This document shows positions 18,489-27,422 of a DNA stretch of 64,000 nucleotides, one piece after another. This DNA comes from Oscillospiraceae bacterium (lineage in GTDB: Bacteria > Bacillota > Clostridia > Oscillospirales > Ruminococcaceae): contig JAGAJN010000038.1 of NCBI GenBank assembly GCA_017828975.1, forward strand, positions 18,543 through 82,542, given 5' to 3'. Positions within the stretch are counted from its first letter, which is position 1, and each line of letters starts with the position of its first letter. The notes under the pieces were generated by a model. The model made no database searches and was not told where the DNA came from. It saw only the letters and a program-made list of their open reading frames with translations. The translations under genes were made by a program, and so were the position numbers.

Positions 18489-20759
18489 ATGAGCAGTGCG
18501 GTCAAGAAGAAAAAAGCAAAGAGAATGCACCCCGTCAAACGTACCTTTATGGTTATCGGTGCAACCTTGCTTTCACTTATACTTATTATAGTTATAACAA
18601 TTTCCATAATTGCGGCGGCTCTGACGGTGTACATCTTTCAGTTTCAGGACCAGGCAAATGACGTTACACTTGACCTGTATTCATTGGAAATGGACTATAC
18701 TACCATTATTTACGCCTACGATAAAAACGGAAATCCCGTTGAGATACAGCAGATAACAAGGGGTGCTGACCGTAAGCCCGTTTCTATCGAGCAGGTTCCG
18801 CAGCACGTTCAGGATGCTTTCGTTTACATCGAGGACGAGCATTTCTATGACCATTCGGGCGTTGACTGGAAGCGTACATTTTCGGCGTTTGTCAATGTAA
18901 TTCTGGACAACATTTTCGGATATGAATTCGGCGGTTCGACCATCACTCAGCAGCTTATCAAAAACGTAACGGGTGATGATGACCAGAACTGGGACAGAAA
19001 GGTTCGTGAGATCTTTCGTGCCCAGAACATCGAGGAGACCTGTACCAAGGCGGACATTCTTCAGGCTTATCTGAACTATATCGGCTTCGGCGGAAACACT
19101 GCGGGTATTCAGGCGGCTGCAAACAAGTATTTCGGCAAGGACGTTTCCGAGCTTACAATTGCGGAAGCGGCGTGTCTTGCGGCGATACCAAAATCCCCGA
19201 ACACCCTCAATCCTTTCAGCAGCTATGTTGACAAGGACGGCTATACCGCTCTTGAAAGGAACGAAAAGCGCCGAATTCTCGTGCTTAATGCTATGCTGGA
19301 AAACGGTGCTATCTCTCAGGATCAGTATGAGGAGGCGTGCAACACAAAGCTTGTGTTCCGTGACCCCGATGCTCCCGTTGATGATGAAAATTCTCTCGTA
19401 AATGAGGGCGTTCAGAGCTATTTCGTGGATATGGTCATCAGAGATGTTACCTATGGTCTTATGGACGAGTACGGCATTGATTTTGATGAAGCGCAATCTC
19501 GTCTTTACAACGGCGGTTATAAGATTTACAGTACCGTTGATATTGAAATGCAGAAGGCTGTTGAGGCTAAGTTTGAGGATTATACCACGTTCTCTGCGGA
19601 GGTCCTTGCAAATCCTCCTCATGCTGCATTTGTGGCTATGGATTATATGGGAAATATCCTTGCTATTGTCGGTGACGTGGGCGAAAAGCCTATTGACAAC
19701 AGCTGGAACTATGCTACACGTGAGCCTCGTCAGCCGGGTTCTTGTATCAAGCCCATCACTTCTTACGGCTATGCTATTGAAAACGACCTTATCCATTGGT
19801 CAACTATTTTCACCGATAAGCCTATTACCATCAAGGACGCAAATGCTCCCGGCGGCGAAAGACAGTGGCCGCAGAACTATTCCAATCGCTGGAGCTACGG
19901 CGGATATTTCACCTTCCAGGCTCTCCAGCGTTCGCTGAATACCATTCCTGCGCAGCTTATCCAAATGGAAGGTCCCACAAACGTTTATAACTTCCTGCAG
20001 TCCAGGTTCCATATTACCACGCTGACACCTTATGACGCCGACCTTGCACCTTTGAGCGTTGGTGCGCTTAACGATGGTATTCTGCTGACTGAGCTGGTAG
20101 GAGCATATCAGGTTTTCGGTAATCTGGGAAAATTCTATGAGCCAACATCATATTCCATGGTCATTGACCCAACGGGAAATGCTATTCTGCAGAACACCTA
20201 CACACCCGTTCAGGCACTTGACAAGGATTCCGCTTATGTAATGAACAAGCTGCTGGAAACTGTCGTTGAAGATCAGGTGGTCGGTACAGGTCGTGCCGCT
20301 AAGCTGCCTACCAAGAAGCTTGTGGGTAAGACAGGTACATCTCAGAACTGGGGAGATATTGCATTCGTTGGCTGTACTCCCGACTATGTCAGCGGCGTTT
20401 GGTATGGTTATGATGACAGAAGTCAGTCTGTTCAGAACACCTATTACAGCTCCGCAAAACTGTGGAAGAATATTTTCGGAGATATTGCCGAGGCGGGACC
20501 TGTTACCAATTTCCCGTCAAACTCTAACGTCAAGGAGCTTTACTATTGCGCAAACACCGGAATGATAGCCAGCGGACTTTGTCCCACAGGTTCAAAGGGT
20601 TACTATAAGCCCTCCAACATTCCTCCTGTCTGCACAAGCTGTGGTGCTAAGCCATCTCAGACAGTTACCACACAGGCACAGACAGAAGCTCAGAACGCTG
20701 CTGCGGCTGCTGCTGCGGAAGGCGGTCAGAACGCAGCTGCACAGCTTGCTCAGGATTAA
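18489..20759 (+). CDS. class A penicillin-binding protein (PBP1A family: transglycosylase plus transpeptidase)
   Basis: GT51 motifs EDEHFYDHSGVD, GGSTITQQL and RKVRE. Transpeptidase motifs SCIKP (SxxK) and KTGT. Start at MSSAVKKKK after AGGGAGG. Ala/Gln-rich tail. Confidence 0.92.
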   Translation: MSSAVKKKKAKRMHPVKRTFMVIGATLLSLILIIVITISIIAAALTVYIFQFQDQANDVTLDLYSLEMDYTTIIYAYDKNGNPVEIQQITRGADRKPVSIEQVPQHVQDAFVYIEDEHFYDHSGVDWKRTFSAFVNVILDNIFGYEFGGSTITQQLIKNVTGDDDQNWDRKVREIFRAQNIEETCTKADILQAYLNYIGFGGNTAGIQAAANKYFGKDVSELTIAEAACLAAIPKSPNTLNPFSSYVDKDGYTALERNEKRRILVLNAMLENGAISQDQYEEACNTKLVFRDPDAPVDDENSLVNEGVQSYFVDMVIRDVTYGLMDEYGIDFDEAQSRLYNGGYKIYSTVDIEMQKAVEAKFEDYTTFSAEVLANPPHAAFVAMDYMGNILAIVGDVGEKPIDNSWNYATREPRQPGSCIKPITSYGYAIENDLIHWSTIFTDKPITIKDANAPGGERQWPQNYSNRWSYGGYFTFQALQRSLNTIPAQLIQMEGPTNVYNFLQSRFHITTLTPYDADLAPLSVGALNDGILLTELVGAYQVFGNLGKFYEPTSYSMVIDPTGNAILQNTYTPVQALDKDSAYVMNKLLETVVEDQVVGTGRAAKLPTKKLVGKTGTSQNWGDIAFVGCTPDYVSGVWYGYDDRSQSVQNTYYSSAKLWKNIFGDIAEAGPVTNFPSNSNVKELYYCANTGMIASGLCPTGSKGYYKPSNIPPVCTSCGAKPSQTVTTQAQTEAQNAAAAAAAEGGQNAAAQLAQD

Positions 20760-20766
20760 TAATTTT

Positions 20767-20801
20767 CGGTCTCCCTCTGCGATGGGGGAGATCGGCGTTT
20801 T
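20767..20801 (+). terminator. candidate terminator after the PBP gene
   Basis: CGGTCTCCC at 20767-20775 pairs with GGGAGATCG at 20786-20794 (one G-U pair). The following T-run is weak. Confidence 0.45.
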
Positions 20802-20828
20802 AACAATTGTAAGTAAAGGGGATATTAA

Positions 20829-21941
20829 ATGGACAAGCTTACCTACACCTGTCCGTGTCATTTTGGATTGGAAAGTGTGCTGAAATTCGAGGTTCAGAAG
20901 ATCGGCGGAGAAGATATTACCGTTACTGACGGAAAGGTGTCGTTTACGGGAGATCTATCCATACTTGCAAGGGCAAATCTCTGCCTTGCCACTGCCGAAC
21001 GAGTGCTGATAAAGCTTGCCGAGTTCAGGGCTATGACCTTTGAGGAACTGTTTCAGGGCGTTAAGAAAATAGACTGGCAGGAATTTGTGGGGAAGTATGA
21101 TGCGTTCCCCGTAAAAGGCAGCAGTCTTAATTCAAAGCTGTCAAGTGTTCCGACTTGTCAGTCTATCGTGAAAAAGGCTGCGGCGGAAAAGCTGGGTTCT
21201 GTTTACGGAATCGGTATGCTGGAGGAAACGGGAACTACCTATCAGATACAGTTTAACATAATGAATGACAACGCAGCGATCTACCTTGACACCTCGGGCA
21301 TGGGACTGCACAAGAGAGGGTACAGGCGCAATTCAAATGCCGCCCCTATCAAGGAAACACTTGCGGCGGGAATGATAGATTTGGCAAGAATAAGAAGCAA
21401 TACGACCTTCTGCGATCCGTTCTGCGGAAGCGGAACAATGCTTATCGAAGCGGCTTACAAGGCACTTAACATTGCTCCCGGACTTAAACGCACATTCTCG
21501 GCGGAAAGATGGGAGTGCATTGACCGAAAGATATGGGAAACGGAGCGTCAGAGGGCACTTGACAACATTAAGCGAAATGAGCCGTTCCATGCTTACGGTT
21601 CGGACATTGACCCCGATTGTGTGGAGCTTACCCTGAATAACTGCAAGAAGGCGGGAATTGCCAAATGCGTTACCGTCCAGCGGAAGAATGTCAAGGATTT
21701 TGTCAATTCGGAGGGTTCTGTTATCGTCTGCAATCCGCCTTACGGTGAGCGTTTGCTTGAGATAAAGGAAGCTGAGGAGCTTTACACCGAAATGGGCAAG
21801 GTTTTCTCTGCCGACAAGGAGCACCCCTGTTCGATAATTTCTCCCCACGATGAGTTTGAGAAATTCTTCGGCAAGAAGGCAAACCGCCGCAGAAAGCTTT
21901 ACAACGGCATGCTCAGATGCCAGATGTATATGTATTTCTGA
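20829..21941 (+). CDS. THUMP domain class I SAM-dependent RNA methyltransferase (RlmL/YpsC-like)
   Basis: N-terminal THUMP-like region, SAM motif DPFCGSGT and catalytic NPPYGERL. Confidence 0.85.
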   Translation: MDKLTYTCPCHFGLESVLKFEVQKIGGEDITVTDGKVSFTGDLSILARANLCLATAERVLIKLAEFRAMTFEELFQGVKKIDWQEFVGKYDAFPVKGSSLNSKLSSVPTCQSIVKKAAAEKLGSVYGIGMLEETGTTYQIQFNIMNDNAAIYLDTSGMGLHKRGYRRNSNAAPIKETLAAGMIDLARIRSNTTFCDPFCGSGTMLIEAAYKALNIAPGLKRTFSAERWECIDRKIWETERQRALDNIKRNEPFHAYGSDIDPDCVELTLNNCKKAGIAKCVTVQRKNVKDFVNSEGSVIVCNPPYGERLLEIKEAEELYTEMGKVFSADKEHPCSIISPHDEFEKFFGKKANRRRKLYNGMLRCQMYMYF

Positions 21942-21964
21942 CGTGATAAAACGAGGTGCGCGGA

Positions 21965-22498
21965 ATGATCTTATTGGTTGTGGATACACAAAAGGGCATA
22001 ACAGATGAACGGCTTTTTGCGTTTGAGAAGGTCGAGAAAAACATTAGGCTGCTTATAGAAACAGCCAGAAGCTCTCATGTAGAGGTCGTATTTGTACAGC
22101 ACGATGACGGACCGGGAACAGGCTTTTCAAAGGGCGATGAAGCCTATGAGATATACGATAAATTTGCGCCGGAGGTCAGCGAAAAGGTCTTTTGCAAGTC
22201 GGTAAACAGTTCATTTCACAGTTCGGCTGGTCTTCTTCAATATTTGCGGGAAAAGGGGGAAAAGCAGGTCATGATAGTCGGTCTGCAAACCGATTACTGC
22301 ATAGATGCGACCATAAAAAGCGGTTTTGAACACGGATTTGAGATGATCGTGCCTGCGTATGCGAACTCTACCTTTGACAACAAATTCTTTTCAGGAGAAA
22401 CTGCTTACCGCTACTATAATGAATTAATGTGGCACAAACGATATGCGAAGTGTGTTTCGATAGAAGAAGCAATAAGTCTAATGCAGTCCTGTAATTAA
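21965..22498 (+). CDS. cysteine hydrolase / isochorismatase family protein
   Basis: LLVVDTQKG ... VGLQTDYCIDAT, with the catalytic Cys in context. Confidence 0.8.
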   Translation: MILLVVDTQKGITDERLFAFEKVEKNIRLLIETARSSHVEVVFVQHDDGPGTGFSKGDEAYEIYDKFAPEVSEKVFCKSVNSSFHSSAGLLQYLREKGEKQVMIVGLQTDYCIDATIKSGFEHGFEMIVPAYANSTFDNKFFSGETAYRYYNELMWHKRYAKCVSIEEAISLMQSCN

Positions 22499-22521
22499 TA
22501 ATAGATTTTCAAAATTTACAA

Positions 22522-22556
22522 GCTGAAATTCTCCGAAAGGGGGATTTCGGCTTTTT
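22522..22556 (+). terminator. rho-independent terminator
   Basis: 13-bp stem GCTGAAATTCTCC / GGGGGATTTCGGC (3 G-U pairs) with a GAAA loop, followed by TTTTT. Confidence 0.7.
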
Positions 22557-22576
22557 GTTTGCCAAAAGTGATATGT

Positions 22577-22755
22577 ATGTTCTATGCAAAAAGCAATAAA
22601 ATTATCCCTGAAATTTGTTCTGTTCTACAAAATTGAGAAAAAACGTTCGATTTAAGCCCTAATGTACCCGAATTTGGACAATCAGGTCTTGACAAAAGTA
22701 AAAAGATGTTCTATAATATAAACAGAAACAATGTTCGGACAAATTGTTCTATGCA
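22577..22755 (+). promoter_or_regulatory. array of same-orientation TGTTC-containing repeats around a promoter (candidate operator sites)
   Basis: The exact 11-mer TGTTCTATGCA occurs at 22578-22588 and 22745-22755. TGTTCTGTTCTACA is at 22616-22629, TGTTCTATA at 22707-22715 (overlapping the -10) and TGTTCGG at 22732-22738. Confidence 0.5.
22689..22717 (+). promoter_or_regulatory. consensus sigma-A promoter
   Basis: TTGACA at 22689-22694, exactly 17-nt spacer, TATAAT at 22712-22717. Confidence 0.75.
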
Positions 22756-22879
22756 TTTGAAGAAAAGATGGAACAGTCATTCTAAAATGAATATGCGCAG
22801 TTCATTATTGGAATACAGCGAATCTACATCACAAAGCCCGACAGAAAAACAGGGCTGAAAAACAAAGGATAGGTGCATT

Positions 22880-23170
22880 ATGAAAGGTTTTAATTACACG
22901 GAAAGACTTATTATCAAGCTTGTGGCTCTGGTGTTTCTTGCTGCTGCGGCTTTTTCGGCTGAACTGCTCAGCGGGTTCGGACTGGCGGCGGTCATGGTTG
23001 TCCTGTTTTTGGGAATGAGAGCTGTTTCGGGGCAGCACATTGTTCTGGACAGGCGTTCGATAACCATTCTCAGGAAGCTTATCTCTATCTGCATGCAGGG
23101 CGGAAGCTTGAAGCGTTCCCGCAAGGCAGCTGAAAAGCCGATTACCCTTTACCGCAGGAACGCCTCGTGA
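22880..23170 (+). CDS. small membrane protein, unknown function
   Basis: 96 aa with two hydrophobic segments (LIIKLVALVFLAAAAF, GFGLAAVMVVLFLG) and a basic tail. AAGGA lies upstream. This is the only sizeable ORF downstream of the consensus promoter. Confidence 0.55.
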   Translation: MKGFNYTERLIIKLVALVFLAAAAFSAELLSGFGLAAVMVVLFLGMRAVSGQHIVLDRRSITILRKLISICMQGGSLKRSRKAAEKPITLYRRNAS

Positions 23171-23171
23171 A

Positions 23172-24239
23172 TCACGCTTTCCCCTTCAGAACGGAAATCA
23201 GTTTGTATGACAGGCGGTTTATTTCGTCAAAGCTTACGGAGTCTATATAGTAGCTTTCAAGCTTGTCGTGAATTTCTTTTGCCTTGGTCAGAGCCTCCGA
23301 CGCTTCTTCGGAAAGCTCGGCTGCAGCCTTCTTGTTAAAGTTCAGACGCTGTTTTTTGGCTGCAATTGCTGATTTTCCGTAAAATCTGGAGAAGTTTATA
23401 CGCAAGCCTTCAATGTCCCCCAGACCATTAAAGCTTGAAGCAGTTATAAATGCCAGCCTCAATTCGGGAACAAGCATATGCTCAAAGGCGTTAGTCTGGA
23501 GCATGAAGTATTCGCTGACGGTTATGTCATAGCCCCGCTCTATCAGCTTGTCGGACAGGCTTCTCAGCAGAAAATCACTGCCTGCACAGTAGGGGTCACG
23601 CAGTACGTAAACTGTGTAGCCGTCGGGGATAAGAGTCTTGTAGCCGTCCTTTGTCAGTGCGGACAGCTGCTTGTAGGACAGAGTGCCTTTGGAGTCGGTG
23701 TCCTTTTTGGGGAACAGCTTTTTCGTGAAACGGTTTGCAAAGCCTTCAAGCTTTTCAAGGTTCAGCGTCCGAGCGGCGATGGTGAAGCTGTCGCTGTTAA
23801 GTGAGGCTATTGCCGAAACAAAACGTCTGCATCTGCCGTGATACTGGGCGTTTTCCTCGGTTGCGGCAATTATCTCGGAACGTTTTGAGAACAGCTTCCC
23901 TGCGTCCCAATATTCTCCCATGTTGAGTATCTGAGCCGTTGCTCCGGGATAAACGGGGTCGAAGGTATGCGGTGCGGTGCCGTCCATAAATATCACCTTG
24001 AACCGCTTGAAAACTACGGCATCAAGGGAGTCTGTGTCCGACGAGCAGCGGTAGATCTCCTTTTCTTCTTCGGGAAATGCTGCGGCAAGCTTCTTCATCA
24101 GCGAGGATTTTCCCGTTCCCGGACCGCCCTTGATTATGTAGGTGAAATACTCGTTGTCAGCCAAAATATCGCCGAATCGAGTCCTGAATCCGTCGGGGGA
24201 CACGCCGCCGAGGAAAAATTCAATCGTTCCGTCTTTCAT
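23172..24239 (-). CDS. uncharacterised P-loop NTPase
   Basis: Walker A GGPGTGKS and a Walker B-like VIFMDG. 355 aa, and the C-terminal half is unassigned. Confidence 0.7.
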   Translation of the reverse strand: MKDGTIEFFLGGVSPDGFRTRFGDILADNEYFTYIIKGGPGTGKSSLMKKLAAAFPEEEKEIYRCSSDTDSLDAVVFKRFKVIFMDGTAPHTFDPVYPGATAQILNMGEYWDAGKLFSKRSEIIAATEENAQYHGRCRRFVSAIASLNSDSFTIAARTLNLEKLEGFANRFTKKLFPKKDTDSKGTLSYKQLSALTKDGYKTLIPDGYTVYVLRDPYCAGSDFLLRSLSDKLIERGYDITVSEYFMLQTNAFEHMLVPELRLAFITASSFNGLGDIEGLRINFSRFYGKSAIAAKKQRLNFNKKAAAELSEEASEALTKAKEIHDKLESYYIDSVSFDEINRLSYKLISVLKGKA

Positions 24240-24307
24240 AAAATCAGCTCCTTTAAAGGTTTTTATAGTATATTATGAAATTCGGCATATTTGGTTACAT
24301 AAGAGTA

Positions 24308-24336
24308 TTGAAATTTCCCCAAAAATGTGGTACAAT
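24308..24336 (+). promoter_or_regulatory. sigma-A promoter for the HD-domain gene
   Basis: TTGAAA at 24308-24313, 17-nt spacer, TGgTACAAT ending at 24336. Confidence 0.6.
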
Positions 24337-24367
24337 TTCATTGTATTCAGTTTTGGGAGTGATAGTT

Positions 24368-24862
24368 TTGCTTATCGAAAAGCTTATTGAAGCGGCAGTT
24401 GAGTATGACAGGGGAGATCCCAAGCGTATTCAGCATTTTATCAAGGTACACAGCTTTGCGGCGCTTATCGGGAAATCGGAGAAGCTTTCGGCTGATGAAC
24501 AGCTTGTTCTGGAGGCTGCTGCAGTTCTCCACGACATTGGCATAAAGAATGCCGAACGTATTCACGGCTCAGCTTCGGGAAAATATCAGGAGATAGAGGG
24601 CGTTCCCGTTGCGGAGGAGATGCTTCGGAAATTCGGGTGCAGCGGTGACTTTATCTCGGAAGTGTGCTATCTTGTGGGACATCATCACAGCTATGCCGAG
24701 GATATTTCTCACAGCCTGAGAATTCTTATGGAAGCGGATTTTCTTGTGAACGCTTATGAGGACAGTATGTCTGAAAATGCGATCATCAGTGTTAGAAATA
24801 AGCTTTTTAGGTCGGATTGCGGAACTATACTTTTGAACAAAATGTTTGATTTGGAGGAATGA
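24368..24862 (+). CDS. HD domain protein
   Basis: LHDIGIKN and GHHHSY motifs. Start set at the TTG at 24368, 8 nt after GGGAG. The ORF-track ATG at 24275 lies upstream of the predicted promoter. Confidence 0.7.
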   Translation: MLIEKLIEAAVEYDRGDPKRIQHFIKVHSFAALIGKSEKLSADEQLVLEAAAVLHDIGIKNAERIHGSASGKYQEIEGVPVAEEMLRKFGCSGDFISEVCYLVGHHHSYAEDISHSLRILMEADFLVNAYEDSMSENAIISVRNKLFRSDCGTILLNKMFDLEE

Positions 24863-24864
24863 TT

Positions 24865-25533
24865 ATGGACGGCAACAAGCTTGAAACCATCAGAAAGCGT
24901 ATCGCAAAAACAGGCGAGGCGCTCAAAAGAAACAATATGGAATTCTACACCGTGGAAAAGGCATCGGACGTTCCCGAGCTGGTAAAGTCGCTTATCCAAA
25001 AAGGCGACACTATCGGCACGGGCGGTTCTATGACCTTGAAGGAAACGGGCGTTATGGATCTGCTCAGAAACGGAGATTACAATTTTCTTGACAGGGAAGC
25101 TGTTCCCAAGGAGGAAATTCCGTCCATATACCGCAAATGCTTTTCTGCGGACGTCTATATGTGCAGCTCAAACGCCATCACCGAGAACGGCGAGCTTTAC
25201 AACGTGGACGGCAACAGCAACCGTGTTGCGGCTATTTGCTATGGTCCCGAATCGGTCATTATCGTTGCGGGATATAACAAGATCGTTACGGATATTGAGG
25301 AAGCTTCTGTCAGAGTGAAAAAGCTTGCCGCTCCCGCCAACACCATGCGTCTTGACTGTGACACATACTGCAAGGAAAAAGGCGAGTGCGCCGCATTTGT
25401 AGGCGGAAACAAGCATATCTGCGATGGCTGCGGCGGTAACGACAGAATCTGCTGCAATTTCGTAATTTCCGCAAAGCAGCGTCACAAGAACAGAATAAAG
25501 GTCATCATTGTTGAGGAAGAATTGGGATATTGA
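24865..25533 (+). CDS. LUD (lactate utilisation, DUF162) domain protein with a Cys-rich C-terminus
   Basis: LUD-like core plus CKEKGECAAFVGGNKHICDGCGGNDRICC. The start overlaps or abuts the HD gene stop. Confidence 0.6.
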   Translation: MDGNKLETIRKRIAKTGEALKRNNMEFYTVEKASDVPELVKSLIQKGDTIGTGGSMTLKETGVMDLLRNGDYNFLDREAVPKEEIPSIYRKCFSADVYMCSSNAITENGELYNVDGNSNRVAAICYGPESVIIVAGYNKIVTDIEEASVRVKKLAAPANTMRLDCDTYCKEKGECAAFVGGNKHICDGCGGNDRICCNFVISAKQRHKNRIKVIIVEEELGY

Positions 25534-25549
25534 TTTTTCGTCAGATACA

Positions 25550-25584
25550 AACAGCCCCGAGGTCGTTTTGACTTCGGGGCTGTT
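25550..25584. terminator. bidirectional stem-loop terminator between convergent genes
   Basis: 15-bp stem AACAGCCCCGAGGTC / GACTTCGGGGCTGTT, with A-rich sequence upstream and T-rich sequence downstream. Confidence 0.7.
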
Positions 25585-25586
25585 TC

Positions 25587-27422
25587 TTATTCGAGAATAA
25601 GGTCGTTCTCGTCAAATGTGGGATATTCTCCGTTTTCAGAAAATTCAGAGGTCGTAATACCGTTAATATCGGTTATTTCAATTGTCATTGGTGCTGAATT
25701 CATAAACAAAGTATTGACATCATTGCCGCATACGCCGCCTGAATATTGAATTGTCCCGCAATATGCCGAAATATTGTATTTTCCTGCAATAGGGCAATGC
25801 CATACAGCTTCTCCGTTTTTGTCCGTTGCACCGATAACATAGCCGCCCCAAGCACCGGAATATCTTTCGGCAAGATTGCTGCCGTCAAAGCCCTCAGGAC
25901 GGAGTATCACCCAATATCCGAACAGGGGACTGCCGTTTTCGTCCAGCAGACGGATAACGGTTTTTGACCTATCGACGGCGTTCAGCTCGTCGGGAGTAGG
26001 GAGGTCCCACGGCAGATCAAAGCTTATATTCCGAGGGGCGTCTGCATTTATCTCTATGGTAAACTGAATTTCGTTTCGTTTGCTTTCAACGCCGTCTGAA
26101 TTTACCATCATATCCGAGGCGGTCACAAGATATGCTCCCTCGGTAAGGGTGCGGACTGTTGGCTTATCGCCGCAGGTAAGGGCAGCACCGTCCATATATC
26201 CTCCGCGGTCGTTGTCAAAGTCATATCCGAGAACGCCGTTTGCATACTTGATCGCTTTGCAGGTCACACGCAGTCCGTTTACGGGGTCGCCGTTTTTATC
26301 GGAGAATATGAACGAGGCTTGGTATTGACGAGGTTCTTCAGCAGGCTGAGAATTTGGGTCGTATGCAGGAGAGGTGAACTCGCTGTCCTTTGCATCGGCG
26401 GTGTTTTGCAAATTTTCGTACTTCTCGGCATAATAACGTTCATCCTGTGCAACATTGTCCCTATACCGTGTTCCGAGAAATGTGTCGATAAAATCCTCGC
26501 TCATTTCATAATTCCGACAAAATGCCGAAATAACATTGCTTTCGGGAGATATTGGGAACGCCATGACCTCGCCGCCTGCATATTTTGCCACAAGATAATA
26601 GCGCTGCGGCTCTGCTATATGGACGGAAAGATCATCAACCGTGTAATCACGTCCGTACTCGAATTTACCGCCTTCGGAAAGCCCGCCGATAATATCTGTC
26701 AATTCGGTGTCAAGAAGATTTGTATTTTCCTCGACAGCTACGGTACAGTAAGACATACTTTCCCAGTCATCTTCATAGGCGCAGTTGAAGTTCATTACAT
26801 CAAAAGAATAAAGCATATCTCCCGAAGTTCTGAGCATTTCTTCCAGCATATTGCCTTCGCTTTTGACGGGGGAATGGTAGCGGTAGAAATGTATTTCGCC
26901 GTCAGACTCCAGCCCTAGAAGATTGGGATTTTTACTATCCGCAAAATAATGCAGCCCGCTTCCGCCCGGAACTTCATTTCCGAGAATGGGTTTGTCGGAA
27001 TAGCCCGAATAACCGTTGAAAAGTATGGTAAGCAGCTCCTCATCATTGTCGGCTCGCATATATATTTTTTCTCCGACAATTATTTTGAGGGGCACATCAG
27101 TCGCTTCTTCAACTGCCGTTTCGGGTATTGGGATTTCCGCCGAAGCGGTTTCTGCGGAAGAAGTTTCGGTATATACAGCAGCATTTGTCCCTGTTTCGGG
27201 TACGGATTCAATATCCCTGTCGCTGCCGTAACGTACGGAAGTTACCGCTATTACTGCTGTCAGAACGCAAAGGGACACAGCCGCAGCCGCTTGCAATATG
27301 GGACTTCTTCTTTTCGGAGCATCGACGGAAACGGGATTTTCCGCATTTGCAGCAATTCTCCGCTTCATATCCGAATTTGCATTAATGGAGCTGTAAATGC
27401 GGTCCAGATCGTTCTTATTCAT
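25587..27422 (-). CDS. single-pass membrane protein, probable anti-sigma factor with a large extracytoplasmic region
   Basis: Its start overlaps the stop of the ECF sigma gene by 8 nt. It has a short cytoplasmic N-terminus, one TM segment (ILQAAAAVSLCVLTAVIAVTSV) and an about 540-aa external part. Confidence 0.55.
   Translation of the reverse strand: MNKNDLDRIYSSINANSDMKRRIAANAENPVSVDAPKRRSPILQAAAAVSLCVLTAVIAVTSVRYGSDRDIESVPETGTNAAVYTETSSAETASAEIPIPETAVEEATDVPLKIIVGEKIYMRADNDEELLTILFNGYSGYSDKPILGNEVPGGSGLHYFADSKNPNLLGLESDGEIHFYRYHSPVKSEGNMLEEMLRTSGDMLYSFDVMNFNCAYEDDWESMSYCTVAVEENTNLLDTELTDIIGGLSEGGKFEYGRDYTVDDLSVHIAEPQRYYLVAKYAGGEVMAFPISPESNVISAFCRNYEMSEDFIDTFLGTRYRDNVAQDERYYAEKYENLQNTADAKDSEFTSPAYDPNSQPAEEPRQYQASFIFSDKNGDPVNGLRVTCKAIKYANGVLGYDFDNDRGGYMDGAALTCGDKPTVRTLTEGAYLVTASDMMVNSDGVESKRNEIQFTIEINADAPRNISFDLPWDLPTPDELNAVDRSKTVIRLLDENGSPLFGYWVILRPEGFDGSNLAERYSGAWGGYVIGATDKNGEAVWHCPIAGKYNISAYCGTIQYSGGVCGNDVNTLFMNSAPMTIEITDINGITTSEFSENGEYPTFDENDLILE

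Noticed and set aside
18681-19796. 371-aa ORF antisense to the PBP1A gene
   Set aside because: It is embedded in a gene with clear GT51 and transpeptidase motifs. It has no motifs or translation signals of its own.
22724-22737. LexA/SOS box call at AGAAACAATGTTCG
   Set aside because: Only the right half matches CGAAC-N4-GTTCG (9 of 14 positions). It is kept as a speculative note within the repeat-array finding, not as a feature.
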